From the NCBI GenBank assembly GCA_002412705.1, contig DHVO01000089.1:5636-69635 (forward strand): a stretch of DNA of 64,000 nucleotides. Reading direction: 5' to 3'. The position numbers were made by a program, and so were the translations under genes. The stretch comes from Bacteroidales bacterium UBA5206. GTDB taxonomy: Bacteria; Bacteroidota; Bacteroidia; Bacteroidales; Tenuifilaceae. The notes beneath the pieces were generated by a model that was given only the letters and a program-made list of their open reading frames with translations, did not search any database and was not told where the DNA came from. Shown here piece by piece: positions 9,634-19,019 of this stretch. How positions within the stretch are numbered: the first letter of the stretch is position 1; every line of letters begins with the position of its first letter.

Positions 9634-10941
9634 GTGGAGCTTCTAGTATATACCAACAGTATTACGCCAAGGCTAACCTACATTGCCAAATTCCTTTTGG
9701 GGAATATACTTGGCTACACGGTCACCTTTAGCACCAGTAAGTCCAAAATAGTTTCCTTTAATGGTCCGGTAATCGCTTATACCAATATTTCCGTATCTAA
9801 TGCGGTAAATATAGTCCCGCATGGGTTGCTAACCGAGATGGATATTACAGAGCAACCGCTTAGCCTCTCCGTATGGAATGGTTTACCTGTTGTATTTGTT
9901 ACATCCGATGAGGCAACAATTCCTTTCGATCTGTTTGCCGCATCGTTCTATCTAGTTTCCCGGTACGAAGAGTATTTACCCTTTGAGCCCGATAAGCATG
10001 GGCGTTTTCCACACGAGGCAAGTGTGCTTTTTAAGGAAGGGTTGCTCAACAGACCCTTGGTTGACGAGTGGGCCATGGCGATGCGCAATGAGCTGGCCAA
10101 GTTTTTCCCCAAGTATATCATGCCAAAGCGTAGGTTCCACTTTGTTCCTACTATCGATATTGACAATGCATTTGCCTATAGGCATAAAGGGTTACGTAGA
10201 ACTTTCTTTGGTTCTCTTCGTGACTTGGTTTACTTCCGTTTCGACGAGCTCTTTACACGCTATATGGCTATTTTGGGTCTTAAACGCGATGTTTACGATG
10301 TTTATGAACGGCTATACACCCTACTTGCTCCATACCCTTGGGCTGTGTGGTTTATACTTGGTGGCAAGTATGGGCATTACGATAAGCGTGTGTCGCTAAA
10401 AAAGCGTTCCATGCGCCAGTTGGTTAGGCGAATATCAAGACAGTTTGAGGTGGGTGTTCATCCATCGTATGGAGCGGGATTGGATGCAAAAGCCGTTGAA
10501 GAGGAGATTGCCCAGCTATCGTTGGTACTAAATGCAGAGGTGAGCAAGAGTCGCCAGCATTTTCTACGTATCAAAATGCCATACACCTACAGGCTGTTGT
10601 CCCAACTGGGCGTTAAGGCCGATTATTCCATGGGGTACTCTGCTATTAATGGATTTAGGGCGGGCACCTGCACTGCATTCAAGTTTTACGACCTAGAGTC
10701 GGAACGCGAGCTTCCCCTTATGGTTGTTCCTTTTGCCGTAATGGACAGAGCGTTACTAAACGAATGCAGCGATAATGCCGTTAAAGCAGTCTCGCGAGCG
10801 CTTCATCTGGCAAAAAACGTGCGAAATGTTGGAGGAACATTTATACTTTTATGGCATAACGAATCGTTATCTGGTACTAACGAGTGGAAGGATTGGGAAG
10901 ATGTGCTTCCTGCTATTATTAGCGAAATTAAAAGATTTTAA
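9634..10941 (+). CDS. Divergent polysaccharide-deacetylase-like protein with an N-terminal extra domain
   Basis: 435-aa ORF with a GTG start. PTIDIDNAF and VGVHPSY resemble the NodB-type Asp-Asp and His motifs. This is the first gene of a tightly packed four-gene string. Confidence 0.6.
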   Translation: MELLVYTNSITPRLTYIAKFLLGNILGYTVTFSTSKSKIVSFNGPVIAYTNISVSNAVNIVPHGLLTEMDITEQPLSLSVWNGLPVVFVTSDEATIPFDLFAASFYLVSRYEEYLPFEPDKHGRFPHEASVLFKEGLLNRPLVDEWAMAMRNELAKFFPKYIMPKRRFHFVPTIDIDNAFAYRHKGLRRTFFGSLRDLVYFRFDELFTRYMAILGLKRDVYDVYERLYTLLAPYPWAVWFILGGKYGHYDKRVSLKKRSMRQLVRRISRQFEVGVHPSYGAGLDAKAVEEEIAQLSLVLNAEVSKSRQHFLRIKMPYTYRLLSQLGVKADYSMGYSAINGFRAGTCTAFKFYDLESERELPLMVVPFAVMDRALLNECSDNAVKAVSRALHLAKNVRNVGGTFILLWHNESLSGTNEWKDWEDVLPAIISEIKRF

Positions 10942-10943
10942 TC

Positions 10944-11852
10944 TTGAATATTAGGTATATACACAATGCGGATATTGATATTGCCAAGTGGGATAGCTGC
11001 ATCTCGGGCTCGGTAAACGGCATTGTTTACGCCTACTCTTGGTATCTCGATATTGTTGCAGGGCAATGGGATGCTCTAGTTGGCGATAATTACGATGCCG
11101 TATTTCCATTGGTTTCAGCCCAAAAATATGGGTTCAAATACTTATACCAGCCTTTATTTACTCAGCAACTTGGACTTTTCTCTTCACGTCAGCTCGATAC
11201 CGATACCGTAAACGCTTTTATAGCCGCAATACCTGCTAGGTTCAGGTATATTAATATTAACCTGAATACATTTACGCGGGCATCGCTGCTAGGTGCATCT
11301 ATACAACCAAGGGTAACCTATCAGCTGGATTTAATAGAGCCCTTTAGGGTTCTCTCTTCGCGATATTCGGACAATACCAAGCGGAACGTTTCAAAATCGG
11401 TTGCGTATGGTGTAACCGTGCTAAAAGGAGGTGCTGTTGATGAGTTCCTAACCTTTAAAAAGCAGCATGAGGCAGTACCAATATCGCCTGCAAATTTGAA
11501 CAAGCTAAGGATGATTATTGCTGCAGCAACTGGGAGCGGGCAGGGCGAGGTGTACATGGCCTACTCTAACAGGAATGAGCTATGCGCCGCTGCGTTTTTT
11601 ATACGCTCCAACGGAAAGGTAATTTACCTCTCGGCAGCATCGTCGCCACAGGGGAAGGAGAATCGAGCCATGTTTGGGCTTATCGATTACTTCCTTATGC
11701 AGAACTCAGAGTCGCGCCTTGTGCTCGATTTTGAGGGTTCATCCATCCCTAGTATTGCTAGGTTTTACGCAGGATTTGGAGCAAAGCCTAGTAGTTATGA
11801 CCACATCCAGATTAACCGCTTTCCTTGGCCTCTTAAGCTGATGCTGCCATGA
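10944..11852 (+). CDS. FemAB-like / GNAT-fold acyltransferase family protein
   Basis: 302-aa ORF with a TTG start 2 nt after the upstream stop. The C-terminal LVLDFEGSSIPSIARFYAGFGAKP resembles the Fem/Acetyltransf_6-type motif. It has an ATGA stop/start overlap with the next gene. Confidence 0.5.
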   Translation: MNIRYIHNADIDIAKWDSCISGSVNGIVYAYSWYLDIVAGQWDALVGDNYDAVFPLVSAQKYGFKYLYQPLFTQQLGLFSSRQLDTDTVNAFIAAIPARFRYININLNTFTRASLLGASIQPRVTYQLDLIEPFRVLSSRYSDNTKRNVSKSVAYGVTVLKGGAVDEFLTFKKQHEAVPISPANLNKLRMIIAAATGSGQGEVYMAYSNRNELCAAAFFIRSNGKVIYLSAASSPQGKENRAMFGLIDYFLMQNSESRLVLDFEGSSIPSIARFYAGFGAKPSSYDHIQINRFPWPLKLMLP

Positions 11853-12805
11853 AGCTGCAGTTTCAGAAAATGGCTCCATATATACCATTCTCCCCCATGG
11901 TAAAGCTAAGTGGTGTAAGGGTCTTTATGCCATTCTACCACCTGGTAAGTGATAATCCACCGCCACATGTAAAGCATCTATACCCTATTTGCAATACAAA
12001 AGAGTTTAGCGCGCAGCTCCAGTTCATGCTAAAACACTTTACCCCAATTGGCGCATTGGATCTGGCACGCGTTGTGCAAACTGGGGCGCGCGGGCGCAAA
12101 CCTTACCTTTTTTTATCTTTTGATGATGGCTTTAGTGAACTATACAGCGTGGTTGCGCCAATACTTTTGCGCCATTCCGTTCCTGCCACTTTTTTTGTGA
12201 ACACCGGATTTGTTGATAATAGGGAGCTGTTTTACCGTTGTAAGGTTAGCCTTTTAGTCGATGCCATTCTCTCTAACCCCTCATTGCAATCGGTTTACAA
12301 CGTTAATTCACTGCTTAAGCTGGGTTACACCGATGCTGCCAGCCTTAACGACATAGCAAGTCAGGTTGATGTTGTTTTTGATACCTACCTGGCAACCCAA
12401 AAGCCCTACCTCAATCTCAGCCAGTTAAAGGCTCTCGCTACACAGGGGTTCACCATTGGTGGGCACAGTGCTACTCACCCCGATTTCTCAACACTTACTC
12501 CAGAGCAGCAAATTGCCGAGATTAACCAGTGTATGGGATGGGTAAACCACCATTTTCCAGAACAACCCCAAATGTTCTCATTCCCTTTTTCCGATATTGG
12601 CGTTGAGGCATCACTCTTTACCCTTTTGCAAAATCAATCTAACCCTAAGGTCGATTTGGCCTTTGGTACTTCGGGCTTAAAAAAGGGTAAGCACTCAATG
12701 CACTTGCAGCGTATCCCAATGGAGTACAGTTACAAATCGGCCAAAAAGATTTTGGGAGGGGAATTATTTTACTATCTTGTTAAAAGGTTTCTCTATTTAG
12801 CCTAA
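11849..12805 (+). CDS. Polysaccharide deacetylase (NodB homology domain) family protein
   Basis: 318 aa with NodB motif 1 (LSFDDGFSE), motif 2 (GGHSATHPDF) and FSFPFSD. Confidence 0.8.
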   Translation: MKLQFQKMAPYIPFSPMVKLSGVRVFMPFYHLVSDNPPPHVKHLYPICNTKEFSAQLQFMLKHFTPIGALDLARVVQTGARGRKPYLFLSFDDGFSELYSVVAPILLRHSVPATFFVNTGFVDNRELFYRCKVSLLVDAILSNPSLQSVYNVNSLLKLGYTDAASLNDIASQVDVVFDTYLATQKPYLNLSQLKALATQGFTIGGHSATHPDFSTLTPEQQIAEINQCMGWVNHHFPEQPQMFSFPFSDIGVEASLFTLLQNQSNPKVDLAFGTSGLKKGKHSMHLQRIPMEYSYKSAKKILGGELFYYLVKRFLYLA

Positions 12806-12860
12806 ACAAATAGAATTTACTATATTACCGAAAACTGGCACCCGAAACGACTTATTAACA

Positions 12861-13964
12861 ATGATTGAAGTATCCAGAGTAAAAGTAGCCGACCTAATCC
12901 CTTTAGCCAACGACCCCTCTCTAGCCGAACGCGATAATGTGCCTATTAGTAGGCATAGGGCCATATCGCATGCAGCAAATCCTCGTGCAAATCCTTCCGA
13001 TGTAGTGCTTTACCTGGCCTACTACAATGGGGAACTAGTTGGCTACCGAACCGTTATGCCCGATATTCTCTACCTTCCACAGGGTGAGGTTAGGGTTGGC
13101 TGGCTTAGTGGAAATTGGGTAAACCCAGAACACCGCCGCAAGGGAATTGCCTCCGCGCTACTAAACGAGGCTCTTAAGGATTGGAACCATAGGCTAATGT
13201 TTACCAACTATGCCCCAGAGTCAAAGGCGGTTTACGATAAGGTTGGCGAGTTTAAGCGTATTTACAAGTTTGAGGGGCGCCGCTTTTATCTGAGACCCTG
13301 TTTTGCCTACCTTCTACCTGGTCGAAACGGTTTTTCGCGCAAGCTTAAGCCTCTTTTTAAGGCTGCCGATATATTGCTATCACTTGTAAATCCATTGCCT
13401 TTGCTGGCATACAGGTCACGCCCTGGCGAGCATGTGGAGCTGGAGTATATGCATCGGCCCGATAATGACATAGCAACCATGTTCGAAAAGGAGTGCGAGG
13501 GAACGCTAACCCGTCGTAAATTGTACGACTTGGCTTGGATACTCCGTTTCCCTTGGCTGGTAAACGCTCCACTGGGCGATAGGATAGGGAAGAGGTACTA
13601 TTTTTCATCTGCCCCCAAGCGTTACTATCAGCTACTGCTAAAAATTTACTACACAGGGCAGCTTGTTGGCTTTCTTATTATCAATGTAAATAATCGTAGC
13701 ATGAGTGTGCCATACTCTTTTGTGCTTCCATTCTATCGTAAGGTGGCTGCAAGGGTTCTTTTGGCACATGCAGCTAAGCTAAAGGTAAACTACTTAACGG
13801 TTTACCAATCGGCAATGGTCGATGCGCTGGCTTCAATTAAACCCTTCTCTCTACTATCGCGCAAGCACTATCGCAAGTACTATGCAACCGAAAATCTAGC
13901 CAATGAGCTTCAAAATGTAACCATTCGTTTTGAGGAGGGCGATGGTGATTGCGCCTTTATATAA
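12861..13964 (+). CDS. GNAT family N-acyltransferase with a C-terminal extension
   Basis: 367 aa with an acetyl-CoA binding motif HRRKGIASALLNEAL in an N-terminal GNAT-like region. Confidence 0.7.
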   Translation: MIEVSRVKVADLIPLANDPSLAERDNVPISRHRAISHAANPRANPSDVVLYLAYYNGELVGYRTVMPDILYLPQGEVRVGWLSGNWVNPEHRRKGIASALLNEALKDWNHRLMFTNYAPESKAVYDKVGEFKRIYKFEGRRFYLRPCFAYLLPGRNGFSRKLKPLFKAADILLSLVNPLPLLAYRSRPGEHVELEYMHRPDNDIATMFEKECEGTLTRRKLYDLAWILRFPWLVNAPLGDRIGKRYYFSSAPKRYYQLLLKIYYTGQLVGFLIINVNNRSMSVPYSFVLPFYRKVAARVLLAHAAKLKVNYLTVYQSAMVDALASIKPFSLLSRKHYRKYYATENLANELQNVTIRFEEGDGDCAFI

Positions 13965-14001
13965 TCAGAGCTAAGCAGTTTATATTACTGCATAAAACAG
14001 C

Positions 14002-14026
14002 AAAAGCCAGCAATTTGCTGGCTTTT
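14002..14026. terminator. Bidirectional hairpin terminator between convergent genes
   Basis: Perfect 11-bp arms aaaagccagca / tgctggctttt with a 3-nt loop. A/T tracts lie on both sides. Confidence 0.7.
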
Positions 14027-14046
14027 GTTATTAGATGTTGGCAAAA

Positions 14047-15288
14047 TTAGATTTGCACAATTTTTTCGGCATCGTACTTACCTGCTTTAAGCTTTTCGTG
14101 GCACTCTTTAAATGCAGCAATGGTTTGCTTAACATCATCGAGCGTGTGGATAGCCGTTGGGATAAGCCTAAGTAGAATTTGGCCTTTAGGAATAACTGGG
14201 TAAACTACAATAGAGCAGAAAATACCGTAGTTCTCACGAAGGTCGAATACAAGGTTTGTAGCCTCAGGTACACCACCATACATGTAAACAGGGGTTACCG
14301 GTGATTCTGTTTTTCCAATGTCAAGTCCTACCTCTTTTAGCCCAGATTGAAGAGCCTCTACTACAGACCAAAGGTTGTCTTTTAGTTCTGGTTGGGTTTG
14401 AAGTAGCTCAAGCCTTTTCAATGCACCCAGAACCATAGGCATTGGTAATGATTTTGCAAAAATTTGCGAACGCATGTTGTAGGTAAGGAAGTTGATCACC
14501 TCTTCGTCGGCAGCAATAAAACCACCAATACCAGCCATGCTCTTTGCAAAGGTAGAGAAGTAAAGGTCAATCTCGTCCTGAACACCAAAATGCTCGCCAG
14601 TACCTGCACCCGTTTTACCCATGGTACCAAAACCGTGAGCATCGTCAACAAGTAGGCGGAAGTTGAACTCTTTTTTAAGTTCAACAATACCCCGAAGATT
14701 TCCTAAATCCCCAGCCATACCAAACACACCCTCGGTGATAACAAGAATTCCACCTCCAGTTTTTTGTGATAGGCGAGTTGCATGGCCAAGCTGCTTGCGC
14801 AGGTTTTCCATGTCGTTATGTGGGAAAACAAATCGTTTTCCAGGGAAAAGACGTAGTCCGTCAATAATGCATGCGTGAGCTTCTGAGTCGTAAACAACAA
14901 CATCGTTGCGGTTAAGTATGGTATCAATAATTGAAACCATACCTTGGTAGCCAAAGTTAAGAAGGTATGCCGATTGCTTTCCAACAAACTCAGCTAGTTT
15001 TTGCTCAAGCTCCTCGTGCTTGCGGGTTTGACCGCTCATCATACGGGCACCCATAGGGTAAGCCATACCATACTGAGCAGCACCTTCTGCATCGGCTTTT
15101 CTCACTTCGGGATGGTTGGCTAGGCCAAGGTAGTTATTGAGACTCCAGGTAAGAACTTCTTTACCGCGAAACATCATTCTTGGTTTTATCTCACCTTCAA
15201 GCTTTGGAAATGCGAAGTAGCCATGTCCCTCCTTTTGGTATTTGCCAATAGGGCCCATACTCTTCTTTATCTTGTCAAAAATGTCCAC
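14047..15288 (-). CDS. PLP-dependent alpha-oxoamine synthase (SPT / cysteate-fatty-acyltransferase / KBL / BioF-like)
   Basis: 413 aa with DDAHGFG and a PLP-lysine context FSTFAKSMAGIGGF. The N-terminal YFAFPKLEG...NNYLGL is typical of class II aminotransferase acyl-CoA ligating enzymes. Confidence 0.85.
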   Translation of the reverse strand: MDIFDKIKKSMGPIGKYQKEGHGYFAFPKLEGEIKPRMMFRGKEVLTWSLNNYLGLANHPEVRKADAEGAAQYGMAYPMGARMMSGQTRKHEELEQKLAEFVGKQSAYLLNFGYQGMVSIIDTILNRNDVVVYDSEAHACIIDGLRLFPGKRFVFPHNDMENLRKQLGHATRLSQKTGGGILVITEGVFGMAGDLGNLRGIVELKKEFNFRLLVDDAHGFGTMGKTGAGTGEHFGVQDEIDLYFSTFAKSMAGIGGFIAADEEVINFLTYNMRSQIFAKSLPMPMVLGALKRLELLQTQPELKDNLWSVVEALQSGLKEVGLDIGKTESPVTPVYMYGGVPEATNLVFDLRENYGIFCSIVVYPVIPKGQILLRLIPTAIHTLDDVKQTIAAFKECHEKLKAGKYDAEKIVQI

Positions 15289-15699
15289 GACTATAAGATT
15301 TTAAGTGGTTATAAACTATTGGGGTTTAAAAGATGAGCAAAAGTACATTTTTTTGGAAAGCATCCAAAAGTATTTGTCCCATAGTGCACCTAGTGAGGTT
15401 TTAAAACACCTAATTCTAGGTAGGTTAATGCTTTTTCTATATACCAGCGGAACGCACTCACTTTAATCAACAAACTGTGTTATATGCTTCTCTCCTGATT
15501 ATACTTCAAAATGGGTATCATTAATATCCTGCTAGGGGATTCAATAATACAATTTCGTTATTTTTTAATAGCGTTTTTTAACTTAAAGCCTATTCTATTT
15601 CTTAGAATTCTGCTAACTTTGCCTGCTTGAAAATGGTTATGCAATATTTTGTAGCCAAATAGGTTATTATTGATAAATTAGCCAATTGGGAGTCTTTTT

Positions 15700-16491
15700 A
15701 TGAGTAGAAAAACGATTGTTTTGATTTTTCTTCCTGTTATTTTGCTTGTTTCGTGCAAGGGATTTGAAAAAATACTAAAGAGTAAGGATTATGATTTCAA
15801 GTACCAAAAGGCACTTGAGTATTTCCAAAAAGGGGATCACTACCGTTACTCATTGCTCTTTGAACAGCTTGTTCCTATTTACAAAGGCACCCAACGTGCC
15901 GATACTGTAGAGTACTATCTTGCGCTGGGCAATTACAACCAAGGCGACTACCTTTTGGCTGGTCACTACTTCGATAAATTTAAGAAAACGTATCCTCGTA
16001 GCCCCTTTGCAGAGGAGGCTGAGTTTATGTACGCATACTGCTTTTACGAGATGTCTCCACGCCCCGAACTGGATCAGGAAACAACCCAATCGGCCATTGC
16101 GGCTTTTTCGGAGTTTCTTTCCAAGTTTCCTCGTTCAGCTAAGCGCCAGCAGGTGCTAGATATACAAAAGGAGCTTAAGATTAAGCTAATGGAGAAATCG
16201 TACCTAAGTGCAAAACTATACTACAACATGTCGGAGTACAAAGCCGCTATTGTAGCACTTAAGAATAGCCTCGAGGAGTATCCAAATACACCTCATCGTG
16301 AGGAGATGCTTTTCCTAATTGTTCGTTCGGCCTACCTTTTGGCCGACAACAGCGTACCAGAAAAGCGCAAAGAGCGTTTTCAGGCAACAATAGATGAGTA
16401 TTTTACGTTTATAGCAGAGTACCCAGAGTCATCCTATGCTAAGGAGGCTAAGGAGATACACGAACGTTCAGTTAAGGTTTTAGGAATCTAA
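15700..16491 (+). CDS. bamD: Outer membrane protein assembly factor BamD (TPR lipoprotein)
   Basis: 263 aa with lipobox LLVSC and TPR-like repeats. It sits in the usual position upstream of rpoZ-coaBC in Bacteroidota. Confidence 0.8.
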   Translation: MSRKTIVLIFLPVILLVSCKGFEKILKSKDYDFKYQKALEYFQKGDHYRYSLLFEQLVPIYKGTQRADTVEYYLALGNYNQGDYLLAGHYFDKFKKTYPRSPFAEEAEFMYAYCFYEMSPRPELDQETTQSAIAAFSEFLSKFPRSAKRQQVLDIQKELKIKLMEKSYLSAKLYYNMSEYKAAIVALKNSLEEYPNTPHREEMLFLIVRSAYLLADNSVPEKRKERFQATIDEYFTFIAEYPESSYAKEAKEIHERSVKVLGI

Positions 16492-16505
16492 ATCAATCCA
16501 GAAAT

Positions 16506-16838
16506 ATGGACTTTAAAAAGACAAATGCCCCTGCTTCAACTGTTACCAGGGATTTAAGCAAACTCGATACCGAGACAGGTAATGTTTACGAGAGCGTGAT
16601 GATTATTGGTAAGCGTGCGAATAAAATCTCTCAGGATATGAAGCACGAGCTTAACCGTAAGTTGGAGGAGTTTGCTTACTATACCGATAACCTTGAAGAG
16701 GTTTTCGAGAACCGTGAGCAAATAGAAATCTCTAAGTTCTACGAGCGTCTTCCTAAACCAGTGCTTATTGCAACTCAGGAGTTTATTGAAGGGAAGTTGT
16801 ATTTCCGTATGAACGAAACCGAAGAAAAGGCAGAGTAG
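16506..16838 (+). CDS. rpoZ: DNA-directed RNA polymerase subunit omega (Bacteroidota long form)
   Basis: 110 aa. NVYESVMIIGKRANKI and FYERLPKP match my memory of Bacteroidota omega subunits. It is located between bamD and coaBC. Confidence 0.7.
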   Translation: MDFKKTNAPASTVTRDLSKLDTETGNVYESVMIIGKRANKISQDMKHELNRKLEEFAYYTDNLEEVFENREQIEISKFYERLPKPVLIATQEFIEGKLYFRMNETEEKAE

Positions 16839-16840
16839 TA

Positions 16841-18046
16841 ATGCTCAAAGGAAAGCACATTATTATAGGTATAACCGGAAGTATTGCGGCCTACAAGGCC
16901 GCAACGCTTATTCGGTTACTGGTTAAGCGTGGCGCTGAGGTTAAGGTTATTATGACTCCTCTTGCCAAGGAGTTTATTACTCCGCTTACTATTGCTACGC
17001 TTTGCAAAAACCCAATACTCGTTGATTTTTACAATCCCGAGAATGGCGATTGGAATAGCCATGTTGACCTAGGATTATGGGCCGACCTTTACCTTATTGC
17101 TCCTGCAAGCGCAAACACAATGGCTAAAATGGCCACTGGTGTTGCCGATAACTTGCTTTTAACTACCTACTTGTCGGCTAAGTGCCCAGTTATGGTTGCG
17201 CCTGCTATGGATTTGGACATGTACCAGCATCCTGCAACGCAGCAAAACATTGGCATCCTACAGAGTAGGGGAAATGTAATTATTGAGGCGGCAACTGGCG
17301 AACTTGCCAGTGGCTTATCTGGTAAAGGCCGAATGGAAGAACCAGAGGTTATTGCTGCCGAAGTAGAGCGCTTTTTTGCCTCGCAGAATCGTTTTGCTGG
17401 GAAAACAGTACTTATTACATCGGGACCTACTTATGAACCCATAGACCCTGTTCGCTTTATAGGAAACTATAGCTCAGGTAAAATGGGGAAATCTATTGCA
17501 GAAGTTTTTCTTGCTCAGGGTGCTAACGTCATTTTTATTACTGGACCTACCTCAAATATCCCTGTTGGCGATAACTTGGAAGTAGTTAAGGTTAAAACAG
17601 CTGCAGAAATGCATGCTGCTGCGTTAGCCCATTTTCCAAATAGCCAAATAGCCATTATGGCTGCTGCAGTTGCCGATTTTACTCCAGAGGTAAGCAGTAG
17701 CTCAAAAATAAAGCGGGAGGGCGATAACCTTACGCTTGTTCTTAAACCCACCAAGGATATTGCTGCCGATTTGGGCAAGCAAAAAGCACCTGGCCAAGTT
17801 CTTGTGGGATTTGCCCTTGAAACCAATAACGAAGCTCAGAACGCTGCTAAAAAGCTAAGTGCAAAAGGACTAGATTTTATTGTGCTTAACTCACTTAACG
17901 ACCAAGGCGCTGGGTTTGGCTTCGATACCAATAAGATTACCATAATTAGCAAGAGTGGTGAGTCCGTTCCTTTCCAATTAAAGCCTAAAGATCAGGTTGC
18001 AGCCGATATAGTTGACGTAATTTATAGCTATCAATCCGGTTCTTGA
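16841..18046 (+). CDS. coaBC: Bifunctional phosphopantothenoylcysteine decarboxylase / phosphopantothenate-cysteine ligase
   Basis: 401 aa with an N-terminal flavoprotein motif GITGSIAAYK and PAMD. The C-terminal half is the CoaB part (SGPTYEPIDPVRFIGNYSSGKMG). Confidence 0.92.
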   Translation: MLKGKHIIIGITGSIAAYKAATLIRLLVKRGAEVKVIMTPLAKEFITPLTIATLCKNPILVDFYNPENGDWNSHVDLGLWADLYLIAPASANTMAKMATGVADNLLLTTYLSAKCPVMVAPAMDLDMYQHPATQQNIGILQSRGNVIIEAATGELASGLSGKGRMEEPEVIAAEVERFFASQNRFAGKTVLITSGPTYEPIDPVRFIGNYSSGKMGKSIAEVFLAQGANVIFITGPTSNIPVGDNLEVVKVKTAAEMHAAALAHFPNSQIAIMAAAVADFTPEVSSSSKIKREGDNLTLVLKPTKDIAADLGKQKAPGQVLVGFALETNNEAQNAAKKLSAKGLDFIVLNSLNDQGAGFGFDTNKITIISKSGESVPFQLKPKDQVAADIVDVIYSYQSGS

Positions 18047-18081
18047 TATTGGGCTAAAACATAACCTAAAAATCAGGATTG

Positions 18082-19002
18082 ATGATACAACGATTTGTTA
18101 TAGCTGCATGTATTATCGCATTACCCTTAACCTCCTTTGCTCAGGAGCTAAAGTGCAATATACAGGTAAATACCTCAAAAATACAGGGGACTAACCGTAC
18201 CGTATTCCAAACGCTTCAAACCTCTATTTATGAGTTCATGAATAACACCTCATGGACCAATCACGTTTATGCTGTTGATGAACGTATAGAGTGTAATATA
18301 ATGCTGAACATAACAGAGCAGCTTGGCTCCGATGAGTATAAAGGCACGCTGCAAATCCAATCCCGTCGTCCGGTTTACAACACATCGTACTACACAACAA
18401 TGCTAAATTTTCAGGACAATAACCTGCACTTTAGGTATTTGGAGTACGATAAGCTGGAGTTTAGCGAGAACAGCCATCTTAGTAACCTTACGTCCACTCT
18501 TGCTTTCTATGCCTATATTATACTGGGGCTCGATTACGATTCGTTCTCCTATGAGGGCGGTACAGAGTACTTCCAAAAGGCAGAGCGCATTGTGAATAAC
18601 GCTCAAAACGCTCCAGAGCGTGGGTGGAAGGCCTACGAGGGTAACCGCAAGAATAGGTACTGGATGGTTGAGAATTTGCTTAATCCAAAGTACCGCAGAG
18701 TGCGTAACGTTTACTATGTTTACCATAGGTTGGGTTTAGATCCCATGAGCGAGAAAGTGGTAGAGAGTCGTGCTGCCATTGCCGAAGCCATTGCTGATTT
18801 ACAAGTGGTTTATCGCGAAAAACCTGATCCTTACCTTTTTTACTTACAAATGTTTTTTGATGCCAAGAGTGATGAGCTGGTGAGCCTATTCAAGGAATCG
18901 TATCCTACAGAGAAGGCTCGGGTAGCAAACATGCTAATCGAGATAGATAACTCAAATGCATCAAAGTATAAAACCATAACAGCATCGTCTGGTAATATCT
19001 AA
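18082..19002 (+). CDS. DUF4835 family secreted protein (labelled T9SS-associated PorD in some annotations)
   Basis: The ORF is 18079..19002 and the ATG is at 18082. It has a signal peptide ending SFAQ. It occupies the conserved position between coaBC and recN in Bacteroidota. The family name is from memory. Confidence 0.55.
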   Translation: MIQRFVIAACIIALPLTSFAQELKCNIQVNTSKIQGTNRTVFQTLQTSIYEFMNNTSWTNHVYAVDERIECNIMLNITEQLGSDEYKGTLQIQSRRPVYNTSYYTTMLNFQDNNLHFRYLEYDKLEFSENSHLSNLTSTLAFYAYIILGLDYDSFSYEGGTEYFQKAERIVNNAQNAPERGWKAYEGNRKNRYWMVENLLNPKYRRVRNVYYVYHRLGLDPMSEKVVESRAAIAEAIADLQVVYREKPDPYLFYLQMFFDAKSDELVSLFKESYPTEKARVANMLIEIDNSNASKYKTITASSGNI

Positions 19003-19019
19003 CCTATTGCCCTTTAATT

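Noticed and set aside
14047-15288. Calling the alpha-oxoamine synthase bioF.
   Set aside because: There are no other bio genes nearby, and Bacteroidota carry several AOS paralogs with different substrates. The family-level call is retained without a gene symbol.
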